A stretch of DNA of 64,000 bases from Cetorhinus maximus (taxonomy: Eukaryota). The translations under genes were made by a program, and so were the position numbers. The stretch is taken from the NCBI RefSeq assembly GCF_964194155.1, contig NC_135880.1, positions 177,506,001-177,570,000 of the forward strand, in the 5' to 3' direction. The notes beneath the pieces were generated by a model. The model was given only the letters and a program-made list of their open reading frames with translations, was not told the DNA's origin and did not search any database. Each line of letters starts with the position of its first letter. Position 1 is the stretch's first letter. Below, piece by piece: positions 10,880 through 22,145 of this stretch.

Positions 10880-11650
10880 GCGATCTGAGGGTTGTGTGGC
10901 TGAAGAAGATTTATAGAGATAAGGAAGAATGAGGGTATGGAGGGATCAAAAGCAAGGATAAGAATTTTAAAATCGAGGCATTGCTTGACCAGAAGCCAGT
11001 GTAGGTCAGTGAGCACAGGGGTGATGGGTGAGTAGGACTTGACGCAGGCAGCAGTGTTTTGGAAGACCTCAGGTTTACAGAGGGTAGAGTGTGGGAGGCC
11101 AGCCAGCAATGCACTGGAATAGTCTAGTCCAGGAGTAACAAGAGGCATGGATGTGAGTTTCAGCAGCAGATGAACAGAGGCAGGGGCAGAGTCGGCAATG
11201 TTATGGAAGTGGGAATAAGCAGTCTTTCTGATGGTGCAGTTATGTGGTCAGAAACTCATCTCTGGGTCAAATCTGACACCAAGATTGTGGACAGTCTAGT
11301 TCAGCCTCAGACAATTGCCAAGGAGTGCGATGGAAGTTGTTAGCAAGGGAACGGAGTTTGTAACAAGGACAAAAGACAGCGGCTTCAGCTTTCCAATATT
11401 GGAGGAAATTTTAGCTCATCTAGTACTGGGCGTTTGAACAGGCTGAGAATTTAGCAACAGTGGAGGAGTCAGGAGAGGTGGTGGTGAGGTAGAACTGGGC
11501 GTTGTCAGTGTACATGTGAAAACTAACACTGATTTTGAACGATGTTGCTGAGAGCAGCATGCAGGTGAGAAATAGAACGGAACCAAGGATAGATCCTTAG
11601 GGGACATCAGAGGTAAGGGTGCAGGAGTAGGAAGTGAAGCCATTGCAGGC
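10880..11650 (-). mobile_element. L2-type LINE RT fragment
   Basis: Minus frames LDYSSALLAGLP...FQNTAA...ITPVLTDLHWLLVKQCLDFKIL and decayed VP-QGS-LGP / YTDNAQFY RT motifs. Confidence 0.75.
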
Positions 11651-12560
11651 TACTGTTGGTCCAGTACAGCTCCAGGTAAAATTTGGAGGGCTACCTGCAA
11701 GCTGAACCCCAACTGCAGCAGATGATAGACATGCCATACAATCCCCCCCAACCAATTGTTTAAGTCAATGTTCTGTCGACCTCTTTGCATCCAGTCAAGA
11801 GTGGTGATGAATACCAAAAGAACCACCAGGTGGCCAACCCACATCCTAAACCATTCTGGAGCCCAGGACAAGAGTGGAGAAAACAACACCCTAAAGTGTT
11901 TCCAAGTGTCTTCAGAGATTCTGAAAACACAGGATCAGGATTTAGGGACAGAATTTTGAAGAGTTTACACCTCCAATGAAACCGCCAGTCAAATTTCATT
12001 TTAACCTCTGGCACCAGGAGAGTAATAAATGAAGGAATGCCACACGGAAAGGGACTGCAAGGAAATGTCAGGGTAGCAGGTAACTTACCACAACGGCTTT
12101 AACGTAATTATACTTCCTGAACTGCAGATTCCTTGCACTTTTGCACAGAGTCTTCAGCACAAACAGGATATTCAGCGTAGTGGGTTATGCTGGTATTTAT
12201 GATCCACACGAGCCTCCTCCTACCCGTCTTCATCAAACACTATTTCCTTCTCCCTCGTGTTTATCCAGCCTCCCCTTTAAATGTATGCTACTCACCTCAA
12301 CCAGTCCCTATGGTAGCGAGTTTCGCATTCTCACCGCTCTTTGGGTAAAGAAGTTTCTCCTGAATTCCCAATTGGATTTACTAGTGATTCTTTTATATTT
12401 ATAGACCGCAGGTTTGGTCTCCCCAACAAGGGAAATTACCTCAGTCCGAGTACCATTCAGATGACAGACATGGAATTGTAAACTTGATGAACATTGAAAA
12501 GTCTACTCCAGATTTTCAAAATATAGCTAATCTACCTAAGAAGTCTATATGGGTAACTGA

Positions 12561-13116
12561 GGGGAGAATTTTCTCCCCGTCGGGCTAGCCAATTAAGGCC
12601 TGCCCAGCGTGACGTGCGCCCGGTAGCGGTGAGCGCTCCCTGTGCGGGCAGCGGGAGGAGGGAGAGTCGCTGCCTGCGCTCTTTCGTGCATGCATGCGAA
12701 CGAGCACAGAAACCTCAGGGAGATGACTTTAATTATGAAGAATTGAAAAAAAATTATTCAGACATGTCCCCTCATGTGACAGTGTCACATGAGCTGGGAC
12801 ATGTCAATGAATTTTAATAAAAATTTTTATTTAACTTATAAACACTTCATGAAACCTCATCCCGCCCGTGGATGAGGTTTCATGATAAATGCGAAGGCCG
12901 CCTGGGCTCTTCGCCTGCCTAACAACCTTAAGGTTGGACGGGCAGCCCTGTTAATTGTTTCAACTGGTTGTTAAATGGGCTTAATAGGCCTTTGACAGTT
13001 TAGCGGGCGCACAGCCGACTCCGGTGCACGCCCGCCGAACTGAATATCAGTTTTACGTCACTTTACGCATCGGTGAGCAGGACCCACCCCCGCACGCCGA
13101 CCAGAAGATTCAGGCC
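12561..13116. mobile_element. Non-autonomous Harbinger-type MITE
   Basis: Ends GGGGAGAATTTT...AAGATTCAGGCC, 3-bp TSD TGA on both sides; subterminal motifs (GCCAATTAA...CCCAG-GTGA; ATCCC-CCCGTGGATGA) shared with the element at 41772-45909. Confidence 0.75.
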
Positions 13117-13723
13117 TGACTGTTGCTCTTCCTAATTCTTTGTGCAAAATATTTTACAGAATATACAACACAGAAACAGGCCATTCAAGCCAACTAGCCA
13201 ATGTCTGCTTATGGTCGCTCGAGCCTTTTTTCCACCCTTCACCCTCTGTCAGCATAATCCTCTATTCCTTTTTCCCTCGTGCTTATCTAGCTTTCCCTCA
13301 AATGCACCTGGGCTATTCACTTCAAATGATCCCTCTGTTGGTGAGCTCCACATTCTCACCACTGTTTTACATTAATTGTTTTACACAAATCCATGCAACA
13401 ACAAAGATATTCTAATCTTCAATGCTGTTTACAAATGGAAAAAATCAAAACATAAAAGGCGACAATTCTTTGCTGATAAAGCTTGATTATTAAAATGTGA
13501 ACATCAGAATTTTTAAGTGAAATTTTACAGTTTGAAGTAATTAAAAACATTCATTTGCAATCCAGTCATTCTTTACACATCAATTTAGTTATGTTTGCAG
13601 TGCTCACTGTGCAGCATTGAAAGCTGCAAGCTCACACATTGCACAAGGTTGGTGCCAAGACCTTTCTCCTCATCTGTGTCCTGCTTCGTCTAGTGATACA
13701 GGTGCCCTTACATCAGCAGAATC

Positions 13724-13843
13724 TTAATAAAGGTCTAACTCTGGAAATAATTTTGGAAATCTCTTCTTCAGCTGCTGGATACCTGTAATCCTGGCTGCAT
13801 AAATAACAAATCCCCAAGAGAGCAAGACGATGATCAGGAGTAT
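13724..13843 (-). CDS. SMIM27: Small integral membrane protein 27, exon 2
   Basis: Acceptor TCTTGTACAG; ILLIIVLLSWGFVIYAARITGIQQLKKRFPKLFPELDLY-stop aligns with recalled human LLLAIVLISWGCIIYAS...RQLRKKYP; syntenic position. Confidence 0.88.
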   Translation of the reverse strand: MLLIIVLLSWGFVIYAARITGIQQLKKRFPKLFPELDLY

Positions 13844-13879
13844 CTGTACAAGATGAGACAGACATCGCGTTAAATCAAA

Positions 13880-14095
13880 AAGAAAAGTACTATGGATGCT
13901 GGAATCGAAGTAAAAACAACAGAAAATGCTGGAAAACATTCAGCAAGTCAGGCAACACCTATGGTGAGGGAATAAATTAACATTTCAGGTTGCTGCAGTT
14001 CTGATAAAGGGTCATCAACCTGAAACGTTAACTCTTTCTCTCTTCATAGATGCCTGACGTGCTGAGCATTTCCAGCATTTTCTGTTTTCATTGCA
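13880..14095. mobile_element. Inverted pair of Penelope-derived terminal-repeat fragments with a degenerate hammerhead
   Basis: ACAGAAAATGCTGGAAA...TTAACATTTCAGGTTG followed by CAGTT-CTGATAA-AGGGTCATCAACCT-GAAACGTT-AACT...TTTCCAGCATTTTCTGT. Confidence 0.7.
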
Positions 14096-14852
14096 TTAAA
14101 TGAATTCTGGTAGATGATGCTAAGAGATCACAAGTAATTTTTTTTGGCATTTGTCCCTAGTACAGTCCCATAGATTTTAATAGAACTTGACTGCATTTTG
14201 TTTTTATCTGTATAAGCTTTGATTATTCTTCGCCCAACTTGACAACGTTCCTCCCAAAAGGCTGTTCATTAATTTCATTACTGTGGCTGCAGGGTATATG
14301 ATTAAGAAATTGGTGGAAGAATAGAAAATGGTCAAGGTTTCAACTGCAAGATATGTTTTGCACCATATAGTACTTAGCCCTGCTAGAACCGACAGAATAA
14401 ATTTTACTAATTAAAAGGAAATAAGTTTGCACCTTGTCTTAGCGACATGTTGTTATGGCAGTTTTCACAATTTGGTTTTAACATGCTGCAATATATATGT
14501 TAAAAAAAAAAGAAATATTTCGACGAGCACTTGAAACACCAAAGCATACAGGGCAATGGGCCAAGTGCTGGAAAATGGGATTTGAATAGATTGGTGCTTG
14601 ATGGCTGGCATGGACACGATGGGCCAAAGGGCCTGACTCTAAATAAGGGGTAATTAGTTAAGAGGAGTCAGATTTTGGTAAGAGCCCTATTAATTGGTAC
14701 TGTGTTCAGCTGAGCGAGACAGTGAGCTCGACAGAGGGCAAAACAGTGCCAAAGTGAAATTTAATACAGATTGTGCAGAGTAAGGCACGCAAGAAGTGCA
14801 AAAGGCACAACATTTTTCAGCCATCGTTGCTGCTAACCTAACATCCCAAATG

Positions 14853-14942
14853 TAAAGTTGCCAACTCTCCAGGATTGCCCTGGAGTCTCCAGAAGTCAAA
14901 GGGAATCTCCAGGACTATGCCCAACCAGAGTTGGCAACACTG
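14853..14942. mobile_element. Short hAT-like MITE
   Basis: Inverted ends GTTGCCAAC / GTTGGCAAC; body CTCCAGGATTG-CCTGGAGTCTCCAG shared with 59024-59395. Confidence 0.6.
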
Positions 14943-14973
14943 CTCCCCCCTGCTGTTCATACTCGATACTCAC

Positions 14974-15018
14974 AATGGAATAAATCCAGTCCAGCGCTCG
15001 CTTACTCACACGGATCAT
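14974..15018 (-). CDS. SMIM27: SMIM27 exon 1
   Basis: Kozak GCCGCCATG; MIRVSKRALDWIYSI (recalled human MKPVSRRTLDWIYSV); GTGAGT donor; phase-0 join gives 54 aa. Confidence 0.9.
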
Positions 15019-15560
15019 GGCGGCCCCGGGCTCCCTTCACTATGGCAACCGGTCACTATTGGGAAGCTGCACTTGCGAATAAAAAGAACGAGGAATTCTA
15101 AAATGTCCCCTCTAACCCCAACGGTTGGTGCTCTGCATCTCAAGTGGCGCAAAATCGCGACCCCATCTCGCTGTTTGGATCCCCCAGCGCTGAGAGAGTT
15201 AGCCCTCCAACAGTTGGTCCTCCGATTGGTGGGTCCTCCAATATCCCGGCAGGTAGCGCGCGGTGAGTTGTCGGACCTCCGCCATCCAGGGCAGTGGGGT
15301 GCACTGGTCCTCCAGCGTCCCGGCGGCCAGTGGGGCGCACTGGTCCTCCGGCGTCCCGGCGGCCGGTGGGGCGCACTGGTCCTCCGGCGTCCCGGCGGCC
15401 AGCGCGACGCCGTCACTCATCGCGCTTGTGTGATGGTGTCACCCCCTCACAGGCAGCGGCTTGTCCCGGACTGAGGCGGGGGGCAGGACCCTGAGTGGGA
15501 ATAACGGGAGCAAATGTTCGCGGCCAGATCAGGGAGGAGGGGGGACGGGATGCTATAGCA
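15019..15560. promoter_or_regulatory. CpG-rich bidirectional promoter region of SMIM27/TOPORS
   Basis: CpG-dense island starting at the SMIM27 ATG; CCAAT/ATTGG boxes at 15058, 15225 and 15238; GC boxes near 15475 and 15677; head-to-head arrangement as in human. Confidence 0.7.
15292..15399. repeat. 36-bp GC-rich tandem repeat, 3 copies
   Basis: CRGTGGGGYGCACTGGTCCTCCRGCGTCCCGGCGGC at 15292, 15328 and 15364. Confidence 0.9.
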
Positions 15561-15655
15561 TTTTTATTTTTTAAAAAAAAGAAAGAAACGCAGTTAAAAT
15601 AATTTATAATTCGAGTGAAGTGTGAGGAAGATCGGGGAGTGAGTGGCTGCTGCAG
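15400..15655 (+). other. TOPORS: Candidate non-coding first exon of TOPORS (start not defined)
   Basis: Strong donor CAG|GTAAGA at 15655/15656; alternative donors CG|GTGAGT (15262) and weak ATG|GTGTCA (15435). Confidence 0.4.
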
Positions 15656-18600
15656 GTAAGAGACCCAGGGGAATGGGGGCGGGGAGGGGGTTTGATTGGA
15701 GACTGAGGCCAACAACAGACCAGCCTGTCAGTGAGAATATCCACCGCCTGCAACCACTTGTGGAGCTGGGAGGTGACAAGGCAACAAAAAAAATACAAAG
15801 GCCAGATTTTTAAATCGAAACCCGAGCCACTGAACACAAGAATTGGGTTAATTAATTAAAATAATAACTGGGGTAATTCGATAAGATCATGACTGGTCTT
15901 ATTGTGGCCTCAGCTCCACTTTCCTGCCTTCCGAAGAAGGGTCATATTGGACTCCAGACATGCTGAATTTTTCCAACACATTCTGTTTCAGATGTCCAGC
16001 ATCCGCAGTATTTTGCTTCCCATTTCCTACTTTACACCCCCCATAAACCTTGATTCCTTGTCGATGAAAAATCCATCTATCTCAGCCTTGGATATATTCA
16101 GTGACCCAGCCTCCACTGCTCACTGTGGAAGAGAATTCCACAGCCCTCCGAGAGAAGTAATTTCTCCTAATCTCTGTCTTAAATGGGGGACCTCTAATTT
16201 TAAACTGTGTCCCCTAATTCCACAAGGGCAGACATCCTCTCAGCATCCACCCTGTCAAGTCCTGTCAGGACCTTATATATTTCAATAAGATCACCTCATT
16301 CTTCTAAACGCCAGTGGGTACAGGCCTATCTTTTCCTCATAAGATAACCCTACATCCCAGGTATCAATCTTATGGCATTCGATGTTGGTTTAGTTTTGAT
16401 TCCTACTTTGCTGGCTGTGGGAAAGTCCAGCTTAACTTTAAAATCAGGACCATTCAGGAGAACAGTTAGGAAACAATTCTTCACATAAAAGGTGGCAGAA
16501 GTGTGGAACACTCTCCCACAAACAGCAGTAGATGCTAGTTCAATTCATTTATTTTAAATCTGGGAAAATGATGGGTTTTTTTTGCTGGAGAAGACAAGGG
16601 TATAAAAAATATGGAGCTAAGGCAGCTGGATGGAGTTAAGTCAGCCATGATCTGATTGAGTGGCAGAACAGGCTCAGAGGTCTGAATGACCACCTCCTGC
16701 TCCTGGAGTCTGAATACAATGATTATTGCACAAGTAAACAAGTTGATTTATCTGTGTACATTTGAAGGTGTCAGGACTTCTTAAAAAAATGCATACAAGA
16801 CCCTGGACTTTATAATAGGCATGGAATACAAAAGCAAAAGAGTTATGTTAAACTTCTAATGCTGGTTAGTCACTTGGAGTATCATGTTCAAGTCTGAATA
16901 CCAAACTTTAGAAAAGGTGTCAAAGACCTTGGAGAGAGTGCAGAGGAGATTTAGCAGAATGACACCAGGGCTAGAATCTTACAGCACAGAAGGAGACCAT
17001 TTGGCCCTTGTGCTTGTGCCATTTCTTTGAAAAAGCTATCCAATTTATTCTACTACAGTTTACTTCTACACCACCCCCACAACCCTGCAAATTAGTCCTC
17101 AAATACATGTTCAATTGCCTTTGGAAAAGTTCCTGAATCTAATTCCACCCTTTCAGGTAATACATTCCAGACCTCAACAACTTTCTGAAGAAATTTCTCA
17201 TCTCCGACCCCGCCCTCGCCATTGCCCTCACCCCCGTCCTTGCCCTTGTCTTTTTTACTAATTATTTTAATTTCATGAATACTTTCAATCTCTGAATACT
17301 GATCAGTATGCCAGATGAAAAAGTTTCTTTCCCACTTGTTCAGTCAAAACCCCTTAATTTTGAATGCCTCTGTCCAGTCTCCCCTCAACCTTTTGCATTA
17401 TGATTTGAAATGCCAAGTTGACAAATTTACCAGTTGAATCTATTACTGCTTTGGAACTTGGCATCACTGCTTAGTTTGTTTGTCTAGTATTAAAAACAAA
17501 AGCTGCAGGTAACAACTTGGTAGACAATGAGGGGCTCCAATTACATGACGAGATTAGAGATGCAGGCATTGTTCTCCTTAGAGCAGAAATGGTTGTGGAA
17601 AGATTTAATAGAGGCTTTTCAAATATTATGGGTTTACTATGAGTAAATAGGGATAATGGCAGGGTTGGCAACCAGAGGACAGAGATTTAAGGTACAGAGC
17701 AAGAGAACCCAGTGTGAGATGAGAAGTTTTTAAGCAGCAGTTTGTTGTGTTCTGGAACGCGCTGTCTGAAAGGGCAGTGGAAGCAGATTCAATAATAACT
17801 TTCAAGAGGGAATGAAAGGAGAAAATTTTAGGACTTTAGAAGCACAACTATCTGGATAGTTCTTTTTTTAAAAAACCGGCACAGGCACAATGGGACAATT
17901 AGCTTTCTGTGCTCTGATTCTATGATTCAATGCAAGTATACCACAATATACATGCATTTATTGCATAAGAGGAGATGTGGATGCATGGATAAAAAGCTGG
18001 CTGGTAGGCAGCAAATAAATGGTTAGGCTGATGTGAATCACTGGGATGAGAAAAGCAATGGGAGGAGGATTGGACCCATATGTCAGTACTTTATCCAATT
18101 TTGTTCTCTATTATTTGAACACAACATAATAATAATATAATAATTTGCTAATGACACAGATATAGGGTGCGATAAACGAGATACAGGGCTTCAGATGTGC
18201 AATTTCCTGGAAAGCTCCAGTGCAGGTAGATAGAACCATGAAAAGAGTTAAAGACCTTTATAAATAGAGCCATTGATTACAATACTGATAAATTTGTATA
18301 TGGCAGTGGTTAGATCTTCCCCCTTACAGACTGGTCATCAAAACTATCAAGAATGCACAGTAAAAATTTGCTATGGTCATGTTGTCCATCAGAAATTACT
18401 TACTAGATATGGCTGCCATGAAACCATTTTAGTCACATACCAGTTTTATTAGAAAACTTCTTGCGCACACTCAGAAAATACAGGTAAATGCACTTCAGGG
18501 TTGTGTTTACTTAATATGGATCTACCAACATTGAGTAACCAAGAGAGTAGAGCATTCTCGACCAAAATACCCCTACGCTCTCCATGTATTAGCATTTTAC

Positions 18601-19281
18601 CAACAAGCACTCAAAAAGGGTAAAATACGCAGCATGTGTTATGTGAACTTAAGTATTGAGACCACTTTCCCAACAGTGATGTTGATTATTCATTTTTTAT
18701 ATACCAAACAGAATGCAATCTGGGCTCCCAATTTTCCACACCTGGCTAGTGGCTACTTTTCAATTCTATCCCTCTAGAAATAAACTCATGTGCTTGGTTT
18801 GATTTTTTAATGGACTTGCTAACCTGTAGCACAACTTTTTGGTGTATTTGTTCTTGAGATCCTTTGTCTCAACCCCACCTATACACACACCTTCGAAGAG
18901 AAGTGTTGCTAACTTACTTTTTAAACAATATATAAAGTGATTTTAGTATGTATGTTTGTATATATGTTCAATAATGTGGGATCAGACAGTGTGATTTACT
19001 TCAAGGTTGTGCGCTCATACTGAATAGTGGCTTGGGATCTCTCACAGCGATCCTCCACTAATATCTTTCGATTCCCTCAGAATACGTGTATTTTACATCT
19101 ATTCTGTAGATTTTTCATCATCTCTGCTCCAACAGAAATTTCAATTTCTCTTTTGAATTAATCCAAGTCTTGTTTATGATTAGTGCAAATTAGACTTGGT
19201 AATGAAGTCACCTGGGGCTGTCATTTTGTTTAGATAAATGGGCCATATCAATTTTGTACTCGAATGTAAAGTTCTCATCTT

Positions 19282-20120
19282 TGTGTTAACAAGAATTAAA
19301 GAAAACTTCACAGAAGATTACAGTTGCGCAGTTAAAAAAATAGTCTTACAACACATTCCCCAAAAAGACTCCCTACTTGGTCAGACCCACAAGTAAACAC
19401 CTTCCAGGCAACATTCCCATATAGATATTTAACTTAAAAATCCAGTAATATTACCCAAGGCTGTAGCTTTAATAACGGCATACCACACGACCCCCTTAAA
19501 CTCTTTTCTACTCTGCTGTGGAAATCCAAAACTTTAGAACAGACTGCTTGTTGCAGCCCAAGACTTCTCTGGCTTGACTGGATGGCTGATTCAAACTGCA
19601 TCTGCTCCCAGCTCAGAGCTCCAGCTAACAGCTACATCTCACAGCTCCAGCTAACAGCTACGTCTCACAGCTCCAGCTTAATGGCTATCATAAGCTCTCC
19701 ACGGTAACTCTAAAATACCTTTTTTTCCCCTTTCATCTCAGGTTCCATTGTACTCACATCTCTTTGAAACTCAGATCCTTTCAAACATAAAATCTTTAAT
19801 TCTTTATTTTGTCTTTGCTTTCGGGTCAATAAAATATATCACCTCTTCTGTTTACCTGTGGAATTCCTGCAAGATGCAAACATGTGTCTTTTCACCTCTG
19901 ACTTCCCTTTGATATTCAGACAAATTCTCAGCTTATCTAAAAATGCAAATGTTAGATCTAACCTATTCACTTGTACCTCAAACCTAACACATTTATCGTT
20001 TTCATGTTTTAAACTGCCCAGAAAACCTGTCTCCTATTAATCTCTGCCCAGCCAAAGTAAATCTCTCACACACAATCTTTTCCACAGAATAACACAAAAT
20101 AACCTTCATATCTCACACAA
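19282..20120 (-). mobile_element. Possible solo LTR with internal 26-bp tandem duplication
   Basis: TGTG...CACA ends, composition like the reverse of 8477-9347; CTCCAGCTAACAGCTACRTCTCACAG repeated at about 19618-19675. Confidence 0.4.
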
Positions 20121-21224
20121 TTCTGACCTCTTGTGGAGGCCAGGTCATTGAGTGTATTTAAGACCGAGATAGATAGGTTCTTGATTGGTAAGGGGATCAA
20201 AGGTTACGGGGAGAAGGCGGGAGAATGGGGTTGAGAAACTTATCAGCCATGATTGAATGGTGGAGCAGACTCGATGGGCTAAATGGCCTAATTTCTGCTC
20301 CTATGTCTTATGGTCTCTTGCACACATCCCTGACTTTGATCAGCCCCCCCATTTGCAGCCCTGTCTTCAGCTGCATCTATCCAATTACAAAATTTCTAGT
20401 TTGAGAAATTCCTGCCTAAGACTGTTTCAGTAGCTCAGTTATCAGTTTATTTTATTTTTTTAAAGTGCATCTAGCTCTGATCTTTTCACCATACAGCAAT
20501 CACCAATGATAGACATATGTAATATTGGAAGAGGAAGAAGCCATTCAGTCCCTTGAGCTCATTCCACCATTCAACTTGATCATGGTTGATCTGTATCTTG
20601 CCTTGGTTCCGTAACCCTTAATATCCTTGCCTAACAAAAATCTATCAATCAATCTCCTCAGTTTTAAATTGGCTCCCAGCCTCAACGACTTTTTGAAGGA
20701 GAATGTGTTCCAGATTTCCACTACTCTTTGTGTGAAGGTGCAATTCCTGTCATCACACGAGTTCTAATTTTACCCTTTTTGAGGGCATTTGAAAGAAGAT
20801 CTGATTTAGGCTGCTGTTTAAGTGTTCAGCATGCTTGTGCAATAAAATACAAAGCATCTGATGAATCAATAACCTGTGCATGCACTAATAAAAGTTTTTT
20901 TTAACCAAGGCAAAGTTGTATTCCTTCTTAATTTTCCAATTCAAAACAATAAATTAAAGCTTTTTAAAATATATGTTCAGGGGATGTGGGTGTCGCTGGC
21001 CAGGCCAGCATTTTCTGCCCATCCCGAGTCTATGACTCTTTAGCCCATGACCAAATGATCACTGGCTAATCTTATAAGATTCTTTTACACTTCAAACTCT
21101 TGTTGGGCTGCTCACTGGAGAATGTTACTGAATTCAAAACTTCTTTCAAACAAACTTGGTGCTTGTTATAATCTCAAAATCACCAGAGACAAGAAAACAA
21201 AGGAAAACTCATGACACTTACATG

Positions 21225-22145
21225 TGATGGCACAAAGATAGGTAGCAAAGTAAGTTGTGAGGAGGACATAAGGAGGCTAAAAAAAGATAGGTTAAGTGAG
21301 TGGGCAAAGATCTGGCAAATGGAGTATAATGTGGGAAAATGTGAAATTGTCCATTTTGGCAGGAAGAATGAAAGAGAAGCATATTATCTAAATGTTGAGA
21401 GATTGCAGAGCTCTGAAATGCAGAGGCATCTGGGTGTCCTAGTGCATGAATCACAAAAAGCTAATATGCAAGTACAGCAAGTAATTAGGAAATCTAATAG
21501 AATGCTATCATTTATTGTGAGGGGAATTGAATACAAAAGTAGGGAGGTTATGCTTCAGTTGTACAGGGCACTAGTGAGACTACACCTGGAGCACTGTGTA
21601 CAGTATTGGTCACCTTATTTAAGGAAGGATATAAATGCGTTGGAAGCAGTTCAGAGGAGGTTTACCAGACTAATACCTGGAATGGATGGGTTGTCTTATG
21701 AGGAAAGGTTGGACAGGCTAGACTTGTATCCACTGGAGTTTAGAAAAGTAAGAAGTGACTTGATTGAAACCTTTAAGACCTTGAGGGGTCTTGACAAGGT
21801 GGATGTGAAGAGGATGTTTCCTCTTGAGGGAGAATCTAGATCTAGGGGTCACTGTTTAAAAATAAAGGGTCGCCCATTTAAAACAGAGATAAGGGAAAAA
21901 AATTTCACTCGGAGGGTCGTGAGTCTTTGGAACTTTCTTCCTGAAAAGGTGGTGGAAGCAGAATCTTTGAATATTTTTTAAGGCAGAGATGGATAGATTC
22001 TTGGTAAGCAAGGGAGTGATAGGTTATCAGCGATAGGTGGGATGCAGATTCCAGGTTACTATCAAATCAGCAATGATCTTATTAAATGGCGGAGCAGGCT
22101 CAAGGGGCTGAATGGCCTCATCCTGCTCCTTGTTTGTATATTCAT
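21225..22145 (+). mobile_element. CR1 LINE, 5'-truncated (RT C-terminus and 3' UTR)
   Basis: ORF 21211-21981: DRLSEWAKIWQMEYNVGKC...LYRALVRLHLEHCVQYWSPYLRKDI..LEAVQRRFTRLIPG; CR1 tail. Confidence 0.9.

Noticed and set aside
11650-12130. Non-repetitive-looking stretch with short ORFs
   Set aside because: No frame gave a recognisable protein or convincing splice pair; left unassigned.
13724-13939. 71-aa single-exon ORF from the track
   Set aside because: Its first 32 codons are intronic and partly TE-derived; only 13724-13843 is exon.
14875-15494. 199-aa and overlapping ORFs across the CpG island
   Set aside because: GC-rich promoter and 36-bp repeat translations with no recognisable domain; the real coding segment is SMIM27 exon 1 on the minus strand.
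21211-21981. 256-aa ORF as a host gene or TOPORS exon
   Set aside because: It is a 5'-truncated CR1 reverse transcriptase C-terminus with its own 3' tail.
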